Both the position numbers and the translations under genes were made by a program. From a virus (lineage: Duplodnaviria > Caudoviricetes), in the IMG/VR virus record IMGVR_UViG_3300030433_001358, positions 19,876 to 83,875 of that record: a stretch of DNA of 64,000 bases. One strand, given 5' to 3'. Shown here in pieces: positions 55,712 to 64,000 of the stretch. Numbering within the stretch: the first letter of the stretch is position 1; the number at the start of each line of letters is the position of its first letter. Below the pieces are notes generated by a model, which was not told the origin of the DNA, did not search any database, and saw nothing but the letters and a program-made list of their open reading frames with translations.

Positions 55712-56520
55712 TGCCTGTCTATCCCCATCCACCCAACATCCTCTTTATACGCTCTATAAGCTCATATAAAGCCCCTTCTAGCATTCATCCAGCCTACCCT
55801 ATACCATACAGCACAGGTCGTCATACAGAGGCATACAGAGCCTGTATCCTACATACTTAGGTATACTCCATCAGACTACCCTATCCACTCCAAAGCCTTA
55901 TAAAGCCTACATATATACATGTTCTAGTGTATGTATATATCCTCATATGAGAGTAGTAATAGCCTCTGTTATATGCCTGTTAGGTTGTTGTCTATTAACC
56001 AAGTAGACCCTGCATCTAACATCATAGTGTTAAGCACACCTACAAATAACTTTCTAGTTATTACTCTCTAACAATACCCCATTATTAACCTGTAATTATT
56101 AACTTCCAAGTTATTAACATCACCTTAACATTATCCCATTCTATACTCTTTATTATTATACGACGTTAATTAAACAGCACTAGTGGGACAACTAAACAAC
56201 ATCGAATGAATAAAGTGATGTTGATATTTGGGAGAAGTAGAGGAGTGAGGATGGTGTGGGGAGGGACAAGTTAACCCCCGGTACTCTATATCCAGTATTT
56301 TCAAGATTTAGAAGACAGCCCTAGTAGGATATTTTCTGAGGTGTATATTCTGAACAGGCAAAAATACCCCTCCCATTTCTGAGAGGGGGTGTGTAAATAT
56401 ACAATTATAATAATACCTTCATATACCTTTGTCCTTTAGGGCACCACCTCTACAACCCCCGGAATAGAGCCTTCCAGAAGCAATTTTAGAACTTTTGGTA
56501 TAGGTAAAACTTCTAAACCA
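55712..56520. repeat. Repeat-rich non-coding convergence region (probable genome terminus or origin)
   Basis: Tandem CATACAGAG, 10-bp inverted repeat 55911-55940, TTATTAAC at 56082, 56096 and 56111; no ORFs. Confidence 0.55.
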
Positions 56521-56525
56521 TTTTA

Positions 56526-57833
56526 CTATACTACCTTACCCTCCATCCATAGGAGTAGTAGAGTACGCATTCTCTTGCTAGGTATGTATAGGTTTATCTC
56601 CTCATCACAACGTATCCTACTTCTGTATATCCATTGTAACATCTCACTTAGTGCATATCTGTCCTTATCTGGAGCATACTGCTCTCCTCGATCTATTAGA
56701 TATTTGTAAGGTTCTGGATGTAAGAATGAGTTATAGACGTAAGCTAGGTGGAAGGTGTTACGGTAGTCATTCACAGCCTTTGTGTTTTGAGCAATATGTC
56801 TCTTGGTATACCCACCTCCTTTGAATACAGGGAATGCTTGGTCTAAGCAAGTCCAGAGTCTGTCATCTGGAGATGATCTTCCGTAGGTAGAGTTCTTAAA
56901 GAAGTTTTCAAGATTAGCTCTTACAGTCTTTGCTACAGCACTCTCCTTAGTGTAGGTTCTTTGATCTGATGCAGAGAAGATATGTTCCCTTTCTCCTATG
57001 CGATTCATCTTATCATTGTCCACTAGATGTATGAGATCAAAAGGGTTTGAGGGTAATTGAATACCTATTTCTGTTTCGTGTGGTATGTTGTAGAAGTCTA
57101 GATATTTCTCAAATACACTACCCTTGAACATATAGGTTAGAACGTCAATTTGATCAAAGGCTTTTAGAAACTCTATTGGGTATTCCCACATGAATAAGTC
57201 TCTGTTCCCTTTGTCGTCTGCAATCAGCACCAGACTACCATTGTCACATAGTGCTTTGATCTGCATATCCCAGCTATACCCTGTACCGTCTACATCCTTT
57301 GTGTCGTCTATTATGAAGTCTTCATTCCATCGTAATAGCCCTATCTCATCTTCGTATACAGCACCAGATGAGAGGAGCATCTTACGTCTATGAGCTTTTA
57401 CAGGGTGTGGTTTAATGCATTCTAGTTCTTCATCAATCACCAACCTGTATCCAGCATCTTTTACGTCTTTGACTGTCTCTGGTGTAAACAGCTTTAGTGC
57501 TGCATGTGTTGTTACAATATCTTTTCCTTCATGCACCAGCTTTGCTATGTGTTCTACTTTCGAGAGGTGTCCAGCAACAGGGTGAACAAAACGTCTACCA
57601 GATGCAGAGCATCCTTCTCCTGTGTATATAACATCGTTGTTGTCTCGTTTTGGTAGTTGCCTTTCTTCTGATTCTGGGTCAACGATAGTGCCAGCATATC
57701 TGTGGCATTCTTTCAGGAACGGAGTAACAACAATCCACCTCTGATCTGATGGGCTATTATTGATTTGCTCAATCATTCTTGTACTCTTGCCCGTCCCCAT
57801 CAAACAATCATGTACTAATACTTTAGTCAACAT
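56526..57833 (-). CDS. SF2/DEAD-like P-loop helicase-family protein
   Basis: Walker A 'MGTGKST', Walker B 'LVIDEE', motif III-like 'LTY', motif VI-like 'QWIYRSRIR'. Confidence 0.7.
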   Translation of the reverse strand: MLTKVLVHDCLMGTGKSTRMIEQINNSPSDQRWIVVTPFLKECHRYAGTIVDPESEERQLPKRDNNDVIYTGEGCSASGRRFVHPVAGHLSKVEHIAKLVHEGKDIVTTHAALKLFTPETVKDVKDAGYRLVIDEELECIKPHPVKAHRRKMLLSSGAVYEDEIGLLRWNEDFIIDDTKDVDGTGYSWDMQIKALCDNGSLVLIADDKGNRDLFMWEYPIEFLKAFDQIDVLTYMFKGSVFEKYLDFYNIPHETEIGIQLPSNPFDLIHLVDNDKMNRIGEREHIFSASDQRTYTKESAVAKTVRANLENFFKNSTYGRSSPDDRLWTCLDQAFPVFKGGGYTKRHIAQNTKAVNDYRNTFHLAYVYNSFLHPEPYKYLIDRGEQYAPDKDRYALSEMLQWIYRSRIRCDEEINLYIPSKRMRTLLLLWMEGKVV

Positions 57834-58137
57834 CTCCTCCTAATAGCATATCTTCTAGTCTATTCATCTGTTCTTCGTATTCAGCTTCTTTGTAATAGTC
57901 AATGGTATCAAGCCTTTCCTTGAATTCCTCGTAAGGAACACCTTCTTCTCCAGATAAGAACCATTCTATATCTTCCACATTCAATCCTCCCACCCCTCAT
58001 CATCAGTATTGAGTTCTTTTATACTTTCCAACCACATTAACATGATAACAGGATTCACCTCCCTTACCCGCTGTTGTAGCTCTTCATGTGAAAGAGCCAT
58101 AATCTCCTCGTAGGCTTTTCTAGAAGCCTCTATCTCT

Positions 58138-58650
58138 TTAAGTGAGTTCACTAAAATGTTTCTCCTTATACTTAATCAAATCCTCAATTGTCTGGTCTTG
58201 TGCTTTCTGCCAAGATTCAACCCAAGGAAGTTGATCTTCCGCTGATGCTTTTACTGGATTATCTTGTAGATATTTAATAGCTTCGTCCAGAGTAGTTCGA
58301 TCTCTGCCAAAGGCTTTCTGTAGCTTGTAAGGTTCTCTGAACCTTTCTAGAGTGCTAATGCCAAGGCAGTATTCAGCATAGCATTTGCTACACGAACAGC
58401 ATATTTTAATGCAATCGCCACAATGCCATTCTTCTGTTAAAGCTCTTTCGTAATAAGGGTATGCACGTTCCACCTCGTTCTCCGCAGCTAAGATAGCATT
58501 GTCAAAAGACACTGTAACTCCACCATCACAAACGTCCCACAAGATATTCTGCAACTCCTCTGCCAACAGTGCTTTACGGAGAGCTAGCTTATCCATCTCT
58601 GTAAGCTCCACAACAGAAGCTAATGGATTTTGATTATAGATAATTTTCAT
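58138..58650 (-). CDS. Hypothetical protein with Cys cluster
   Basis: 'HCGDCIKICCSCSKC'; start refined. Confidence 0.7.
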   Translation of the reverse strand: MKIIYNQNPLASVVELTEMDKLALRKALLAEELQNILWDVCDGGVTVSFDNAILAAENEVERAYPYYERALTEEWHCGDCIKICCSCSKCYAEYCLGISTLERFREPYKLQKAFGRDRTTLDEAIKYLQDNPVKASAEDQLPWVESWQKAQDQTIEDLIKYKEKHFSELT

Positions 58651-58885
58651 ACACCACCTCCACACGTTTCATTACTTCGTTAATGTATTCTTTTGTCTTA
58701 AAATCCCCCATAAGACAATATTTTATCTTATTTTTACATGTTTTCTGTTTCCATCCTGCTTTCTTTGCATCTAGGCAGAATTGATACCAATCTACTTGTA
58801 TTCCTTGTTTAACTACTTCATCATAGGCACATTCCAGAGGAAAGCCGTATGTATCACATAGTTTGAATAAGTTCTTATAGATCAC
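58634..58885 (-). CDS. Alanyl-tRNA synthetase-fragment-like protein
   Basis: 'FKLCDTYGFPLE' matches the AlaRS 'FKLYDTYGFP' motif. Confidence 0.65.
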   Translation of the reverse strand: MIYKNLFKLCDTYGFPLECAYDEVVKQGIQVDWYQFCLDAKKAGWKQKTCKNKIKYCLMGDFKTKEYINEVMKRVEVVYENYL

Positions 58886-59337
58886 TCTCCCTCCTCACAA
58901 TAGATTTTGATATACTTCTGACGTGTTAGCTCATGTTGTCTTGCTTTACGTTGTTGTTTAATAGCTTCTAGCTTTGCTTTACGTTCTTGATATACTTTAC
59001 GAATCTCCTCCAATAGGTAGAGCTTCTCATCCGTAGTTAGCCAAGAATCTACGTGATTAGACATATATCCTATATGAACATCAAAGTATTCTTTAGTCTT
59101 CTTATCTAGGATATATGCTGATATACTAATCATTCCCTCAACATAACCCCCATACCCCTTCCCAAAATCCTCTTCTACATAATGTGTAGCAAACCTCCCC
59201 GGATGCTTCCTGACAGTTTCAACAAAAGAATAGACAGGTTCTGAGATGTTTGGTGAGGTGGTGTCTACCTCTTCCTTCAGTGTAACTGCTGGTAGTTCGT
59301 TATTGCTGTTCTTAAACAAGCTCTTAAACCAATTCAT
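58882..59337 (-). CDS. Hypothetical protein
   Basis: 151 aa; coupled. Confidence 0.65.
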   Translation of the reverse strand: MNWFKSLFKNSNNELPAVTLKEEVDTTSPNISEPVYSFVETVRKHPGRFATHYVEEDFGKGYGGYVEGMISISAYILDKKTKEYFDVHIGYMSNHVDSWLTTDEKLYLLEEIRKVYQERKAKLEAIKQQRKARQHELTRQKYIKIYCEEGE

Positions 59338-59625
59338 TTAGCTATCCTCCAATCTTAGGTTTCTCCCCATATCAGCTATAATCTTACCAAAATCCGCTTC
59401 TGGTTTCATTCCTTTATCTTCTAGCAAATCTAATACTTCCTCTAATGCAGATACACGTCCTTCCCAATACCCAAGATTCCACCCAGCATGGAACGTCAAT
59501 GTCCCCTCTTTACCATCGTATTTGCGTTCGTAGCGTTCTTGCTTACGTTCATTACGTTGTAGAATACGGACTACTTTTTCATAGACACATTCTTCTACAC
59601 GCTGGTTGACATAATCATGGTCCAC
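59338..59625 (-). CDS. Hypothetical protein
   Basis: 95 aa. Confidence 0.6.
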   Translation of the reverse strand: MDHDYVNQRVEECVYEKVVRILQRNERKQERYERKYDGKEGTLTFHAGWNLGYWEGRVSALEEVLDLLEDKGMKPEADFGKIIADMGRNLRLEDS

Positions 59626-59932
59626 TGTTCTCTCCTCGTGTTCTTGATAGCAAATACATCCTCACTTCTTTGTTTACATTCTCAGAGCAATACACCCAAG
59701 AATACCTACCCCCACCAAAGTGCATACCTGCTTCCTCTAGTGTAGCAGCATAAGAGAATTGCAAGCAAGATATTTGTCCGTTGTAGTCTAGATATAATTT
59801 GTTGAATTTATCATTAACAGAAAATAGGGATTGTTTGTAAAGCTCTTTATGATTGTGGTATTCACTTAGTGCTGTAATACGATCTTCATAGACATAGAGA
59901 ATGTGCCTTTTAGCTGTGATGTTATTGCTCAT
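59615..59932 (-). CDS. Hypothetical protein
   Basis: 105 aa; RBS GAGGTGG. Confidence 0.6.
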   Translation of the reverse strand: MSNNITAKRHILYVYEDRITALSEYHNHKELYKQSLFSVNDKFNKLYLDYNGQISCLQFSYAATLEEAGMHFGGGRYSWVYCSENVNKEVRMYLLSRTRGENSGP

Positions 59933-59943
59933 ACTCCACCTCC

Positions 59944-60219
59944 TCAGTATTTTAATGAATACTGCTTTGTAACAGTTATGTTAATGTCACCGGGAATAGA
60001 ATCTAACCACATGACAAAATGTTCCTCTGGAAATTCATAACCATCACATCGGATGTTTAGGGAGAATGTGTGTTTAACTCTGTTATCTTCTTTGTGTTGT
60101 TCTGATGACAAACAGTATTCATACGAATGTCCCCAATATCCGTCTACATTCTTCTTGAAAGAGAAGTGTTCACCGAAGTCAACTGTTATTGATCCACCTA
60201 TTTCAGTCCATATACTCAT
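59944..60219 (-). CDS. Hypothetical protein
   Basis: 91 aa. Confidence 0.6.
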   Translation of the reverse strand: MSIWTEIGGSITVDFGEHFSFKKNVDGYWGHSYEYCLSSEQHKEDNRVKHTFSLNIRCDGYEFPEEHFVMWLDSIPGDINITVTKQYSLKY

Positions 60220-60220
60220 C

Positions 60221-60400
60221 TTACAATTCCTTCAACAGTTTACCAACAACCTTCACTGGAATAACAACCAACGTACCACTTTCATACACAAAAGATGATA
60301 TTCCTATGTGACGAACATCCTCAGTAGTGTCTACCACCCTAGCTATCACCGGGGATGGGCAAGATTCCAACCACTCTCTTATTTCTTTGTCATGCTTCAT
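60221..60400 (-). CDS. Hypothetical protein
   Basis: Start refined after GGAGGTGG. Confidence 0.55.
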   Translation of the reverse strand: MKHDKEIREWLESCPSPVIARVVDTTEDVRHIGISSFVYESGTLVVIPVKVVGKLLKEL

Positions 60401-60758
60401 ATTCCACCTCCTCCACTCGATAATAAACATCACAATCATCGTGTTCTGCTGTTAGATGAGGATACTTCTTATCCATCTTAGCAATCAAAGCATCATGCAC
60501 TCTTGTATATTCATCCCAATAAGTATCATCCCAAAGAATGTTATGTTCCTTCTTTGCAGCCAAATGAGCAAAATCCCCAATCTTACATGTAAGACGTTCA
60601 ATGTATTCACTGTATTCAGGGATGTTCTCTTCTTTATGCGAACAGAAGGCTTCTGCTTTCTCAAGAGAGCTAAATGCTTTGATATTCTGTTCCCACTTGT
60701 CTTCCCACTCACCACCATAAGCTACAACAATGTAAATGCTAGTCATCATTTCCTCCAT
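60390..60758 (-). CDS. Acidic hypothetical protein
   Basis: 'YIVVAYGGEWEDKWEQNIKAFSSLEKAE'. Confidence 0.65.
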   Translation of the reverse strand: MEEMMTSIYIVVAYGGEWEDKWEQNIKAFSSLEKAEAFCSHKEENIPEYSEYIERLTCKIGDFAHLAAKKEHNILWDDTYWDEYTRVHDALIAKMDKKYPHLTAEHDDCDVYYRVEEVEYEA

Positions 60759-60942
60759 ATTTCTCTTCTAAAATACGTCTTGTTCCTGTTCCTTTCTCCA
60801 ACAGGTCTACAATATACTCCAAATCTTCAATGTATTCAAGTAATACTCCTACAGAGCAGATAGGAGTCATACATTCATTCCTGACAACAGCATTGGCTGT
60901 ATCTCGTATTACATCATCTACAGAAGGAGGACGATACTTCAT
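60739..60942 (-). CDS. Hypothetical protein
   Basis: 67 aa; coupled. Confidence 0.55.
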   Translation of the reverse strand: MKYRPPSVDDVIRDTANAVVRNECMTPICSVGVLLEYIEDLEYIVDLLEKGTGTRRILEEKYGGNDD

Positions 60943-61295
60943 TCCTCCTCCGGGTATTTCTCGTAGTAAATCTCTGGTACTTCTTCTGCCTCATCCAGCA
61001 TTGCATGGTAAGCATCAATGACTCTCTTTGCGAAATCAACATCTTTCGATGCACCAAGTTCCCTAGCATGTTCTATTTTGAGATAGGCTTTCCAAGGAAC
61101 GGGGTCGTTGTCACAGTACATCCGAACTAACATTGAAGGGTAGGAGTCACTAAAGCTCACCCACTCAGTAATATTCGTACAAGGATAACGATACTCCACT
61201 TGTGCATCAGAGAACGATTTGTTTTTGTATTTAGTGCGTTTGATCCGTGTGTTTCTTGTATATGGCATTCTAATCCCTCCATCTGAACATTTCAA
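60939..61295 (-). CDS. Hypothetical protein
   Basis: 118 aa. Confidence 0.6.
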   Translation of the reverse strand: MKCSDGGIRMPYTRNTRIKRTKYKNKSFSDAQVEYRYPCTNITEWVSFSDSYPSMLVRMYCDNDPVPWKAYLKIEHARELGASKDVDFAKRVIDAYHAMLDEAEEVPEIYYEKYPEEE

Positions 61296-61551
61296 ATCGT
61301 TTCTTAAAACGTCCTACATTCTCTTGTCGTTGTGACCATGTAGAACATCCTTCATCTTTCAGTAAACTCCTAAAATACTTAACACCCATCGGACTACGAT
61401 GCTTAGCCCAAGAGTGACAAAGATCATTCCAACCAGCCTTCTCATAGAGTCTACAATACTTCTTGAAACGAAGAATGTCAACATTTGAATAACTCTTCTG
61501 TCCCCAGAGTCCACGAGAATTCAACATCCCTTCGTATTTACGTTCTTTCAT
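61270..61551 (-). CDS. Basic hypothetical protein
   Basis: 93 aa. Confidence 0.55.
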   Translation of the reverse strand: MKERKYEGMLNSRGLWGQKSYSNVDILRFKKYCRLYEKAGWNDLCHSWAKHRSPMGVKYFRSLLKDEGCSTWSQRQENVGRFKKRFEMFRWRD

Positions 61552-61775
61552 ACCACCTCCAAATACATACCTTTTTTACCATCAACAATAATTTTCATTC
61601 CCATAAACTCATCAGGCTTTGTTGTATTAGGTGTATTCCACCCGAACAAGTAAAAGTCAGCATAGCTTATCAACAGGTGGTAACTCAATACCCCTATATG
61701 TAATTCCTTTGGAGTATAACCCTTGTACTCTGTATGATGTACAACCATTTGATGTATTTGATCAACGATATTCAA
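61548..61775 (-). CDS. Hypothetical protein
   Basis: 75 aa; 'DEFMGMKIIVD'. Confidence 0.6.
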   Translation of the reverse strand: MNIVDQIHQMVVHHTEYKGYTPKELHIGVLSYHLLISYADFYLFGWNTPNTTKPDEFMGMKIIVDGKKGMYLEVV

Positions 61776-62068
61776 AACCCACCTCCATGCACATTCCTAG
61801 GTGGTGGTGCCTTTGGTGGTATATCAGGGCGTACAGAGCCGCCACCTAGAGGATTGACATTATACTGACCATCGCCAAATGTATTTCGTTTCTTCTGAAG
61901 ACTCTGCAAAGCAGCAATCTTCCTGTCAATATCTTCCTCTTCTTTACCCTTTTCTGCCAATCTATACATATCTTCTACATCTTTTGGCTTAAAAATACAC
62001 ATTACTAGCACAACAAGAGTAATAAAGAATAGTTTTGTGCGTAACCACTTAGAGTTGCTCATTTTCAT
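61772..62068 (-). CDS. Single-TM protein with Pro/Gly-rich tail
   Basis: TM 'LFFITLVVLVMCIF'; tail 'PDIPPKAPPP'. Confidence 0.6.
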   Translation of the reverse strand: MKMSNSKWLRTKLFFITLVVLVMCIFKPKDVEDMYRLAEKGKEEEDIDRKIAALQSLQKKRNTFGDGQYNVNPLGGGSVRPDIPPKAPPPRNVHGGGF

Positions 62069-62306
62069 CTTCCTCCTTCTTGATCTTATTCCACATATAC
62101 ACTCCCACCATCACCATACCTACTAGCGTCTCCAATACAACCAACCACCAAGGTTGCGTCATAACAAAGAGAATAGCAAAATGAAAAACGCTAGCTCCAG
62201 CCATAGCTACAATAAACCCAAGAAACACCCAAACAATAATACCTAATGCCAGTTTCATTACTTTTCCTCCTAAATAACCAATTTCTGTGTAATCATGCAC
62301 TTCCAA
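62049..62306 (-). CDS. Two-TM membrane protein
   Basis: Strongly hydrophobic core. Confidence 0.65.
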   Translation of the reverse strand: MEVHDYTEIGYLGGKVMKLALGIIVWVFLGFIVAMAGASVFHFAILFVMTQPWWLVVLETLVGMVMVGVYMWNKIKKEEDENEQL

Positions 62307-62509
62307 TGATAATACTCCCTAGCTTCCTCCTTGTCAACATCAGGAAGAAGCTGAGACACTACAATTTCTACAGCTTTATTGCATACTTCCAGCTTTACAG
62401 CTCTATTAGCATCATACCAATAATTACTAGCCACTACAGTTTGCTGTGGATGATAGTTTGTCTCAACACACGCTGCCAATAGGAGGCAGCTTAGAAGGAG
62501 CGTTTTCAT
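62270..62509 (-). CDS. Putative lipoprotein
   Basis: Signal peptide with lipobox 'LLAAC'. Confidence 0.65.
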   Translation of the reverse strand: MKTLLLSCLLLAACVETNYHPQQTVVASNYWYDANRAVKLEVCNKAVEIVVSQLLPDVDKEEAREYYHWKCMITQKLVI

Positions 62510-62763
62510 TCAATAATCTCCACAATAATATCTAGACGTTCTGACATATTCAATAGCTGATCAGAGGATAGAGTGTATATAGCCATCTCCATCTCTCGTG
62601 TTACATTCTTCTCTCCAAGGACAGACATAATACTTAGGATATAGCATTCATCTTCATAATCAGCATCAAACATATTTGGATCAGAAGGGATATATGTTGT
62701 AACAGCACAATCGTAAGGCCAGTCATCCCCAAGACAGCGTGTAAATTTAAAATGTTTGTTCAT
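62506..62763 (-). CDS. Acidic hypothetical protein
   Basis: 85 aa; coupled. Confidence 0.6.
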   Translation of the reverse strand: MNKHFKFTRCLGDDWPYDCAVTTYIPSDPNMFDADYEDECYILSIMSVLGEKNVTREMEMAIYTLSSDQLLNMSERLDIIVEIIE

Positions 62764-63059
62764 TTCTTACTCTCTTGGTTAGCGATTAACATTAGTGCGT
62801 AAGCCTTCCCATTGATAAGCAGTTCTGTATCATCTTCTCCGTAGAGAATAATGTTAGCAGCACCAAACATTGTATTCCAAGGCTCATACTGAGTCATAAT
62901 CATCCAGTAGTCTTCTGTAGAATTACATGGTTTGTATGATGGTTTTGAGAACAGTCCACCCTTTGTTGTATGACCACCATACGTCATCTTCTGCATGTGG
63001 TAATCTATAGCGTTTGGTAGATGATCTCGCAACCACTTCACTGTCACTTTAGCTTGCAT
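62760..63059 (-). CDS. Hypothetical protein
   Basis: 99 aa; coupled. Confidence 0.6.
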   Translation of the reverse strand: MQAKVTVKWLRDHLPNAIDYHMQKMTYGGHTTKGGLFSKPSYKPCNSTEDYWMIMTQYEPWNTMFGAANIILYGEDDTELLINGKAYALMLIANQESKK

Positions 63060-63071
63060 GTTTATTCTCCT

Positions 63072-63338
63072 TTAACAAAATGGACGACATTTACGGCAAG
63101 GGCAAGAAATCCCCATTGGTTTATTCCAATCCTCTTTAGGCATAGTATCCCACACACAGGGAATGTCGTCAATACGTCCACCGTAAGGTTTTACTGTAAT
63201 GTCTACAGGAATCTCCTCTGGATATGTGTAAGGATTACGTTTGATAGGCCACAGCTTATCATATTCTCCTTTCACCATCTGTTTCAGATCGCTCAAGTCC
63301 TTCTCCATTTGTTCTATCTTATCAAGAATGTTTTTCAT
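63072..63338 (-). CDS. Hypothetical protein with C-terminal Cys motif
   Basis: 'PCVWD...GISCPCRKC.PFC'. Confidence 0.65.
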   Translation of the reverse strand: MKNILDKIEQMEKDLSDLKQMVKGEYDKLWPIKRNPYTYPEEIPVDITVKPYGGRIDDIPCVWDTMPKEDWNKPMGISCPCRKCRPFC

Positions 63339-63757
63339 TTATCTCCTCCTACATTAACAACAGGAACTTCCACTTTCTTACAATTACTGAAACGACTGTA
63401 GCAGTCATACCTGCCTACGTCAACAAATGCCTCTCCCCATGAATAGAAGTCTCGTTCCTCTACAGTATCTGGAATAACAAACTTCTCTCCTGTAGTGAGG
63501 CATTCCCACTGCGTACCACACCACTGTGCTTTAAACGCATAACGATGTTTATGCATATGGAATGCTTCGTCTTGAGAGAGTCCCCACAAGGATTGCAACT
63601 GAAATTCCAGTTCTTCAATCTTGTCATAAACAGCTTGATGGAACACTCCTAGAGATGATCTTCCAATAAGGAAATCAATCTGTTCGTGAATCTCATCAAT
63701 AGCTGTTCGTGTTTCTTCTGTTAGTCCTTGCTTATCTGCTAATCTTTTGTTTTGCAT
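63335..63757 (-). CDS. Hypothetical protein
   Basis: 140 aa; 'ELEFQLQSLWG...FH'. Confidence 0.7.
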   Translation of the reverse strand: MQNKRLADKQGLTEETRTAIDEIHEQIDFLIGRSSLGVFHQAVYDKIEELEFQLQSLWGLSQDEAFHMHKHRYAFKAQWCGTQWECLTTGEKFVIPDTVEERDFYSWGEAFVDVGRYDCYSRFSNCKKVEVPVVNVGGDK

Positions 63758-63996
63758 TATTCAAGTTCTCCTACAAAATAAGATACAGCTCGTTGAGCCT
63801 GTTGTCTATATTCTTCCCACAGATATGTCTTAGGGAATACGTCTTCTCTCCAACCCTCGTAATCCTCTGAATGTGTCAGACAAGCAGCAGCACTACGATC
63901 AAACTCTTCATAATAGTCGTCTGGGTCTTTGTGATCTTGTTCACATAGCCATCGAGCATACTGCTCTACAAGTTCTTCATATTTATCCCAATCCAT
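63757..63996 (-). CDS. Acidic hypothetical protein (at window edge)
   Basis: 79 aa; coupled to neighbour. Confidence 0.6.
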   Translation of the reverse strand: MDWDKYEELVEQYARWLCEQDHKDPDDYYEEFDRSAAACLTHSEDYEGWREDVFPKTYLWEEYRQQAQRAVSYFVGELE

Positions 63997-64000
63997 TTCT

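Noticed and set aside
1-64000. Integrase, repressor or lysogeny module; diversity-generating retroelement
   Set aside because: No recombinase, reverse transcriptase or template/variable repeat pair was seen in this window.

Overview
A 64 kb segment (about two-thirds of the likely genome) of a lytic contractile-tailed dsDNA phage of a Gram-negative host. Gene order and sizes resemble PAK_P1/PaP1-like Pseudomonas myoviruses (Vandenendeviridae-type); this assignment is from recalled similarity, not a search. Four blocks are visible. (1) 69-19316 (+): neck, sheath, tube, tape measure, baseplate, short fibre, a GC-rich beta-helix tailspike, and a SAR endolysin/holin/spanin lysis cassette. (2) 19443-44947 (-): nucleotide metabolism and replication, including nrdA, nrdB, thyX, glutaredoxin, MazG-like, HAD nucleotidase, metallophosphoesterase, 5'-3' exonuclease, a 2OG-Fe(II) oxygenase, an SSB-like protein, family A polymerase and primase-helicase. 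(3) 45545-55666 (+): small early genes driven by about 16 sigma70 promoters, many overlapped by inverted repeats. (4) 56526-63996 (-): an SF2-like helicase and small hypothetical genes. The top candidate for something undescribed is a ~360 nt densely hairpinned non-coding RNA (GNRA loops, many G-U pairs) behind a consensus promoter at the divergence point 45128-45485. Second, five free-standing homing endonuclease genes each sit at a duplicated piece of a neighbouring gene or its stop/RBS, and several appear to repair the gene they hit (a new endolysin 5' end, a new thyX 3' end, a C-terminal fusion to a divergent copy of a small gene). Third, a repeat-rich 800 bp convergence region, probably the terminus or an origin, lies next to the helicase. 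No tRNA, CRISPR array, integrase or intron was seen. All functional calls are motif- and synteny-based, made without database searches.
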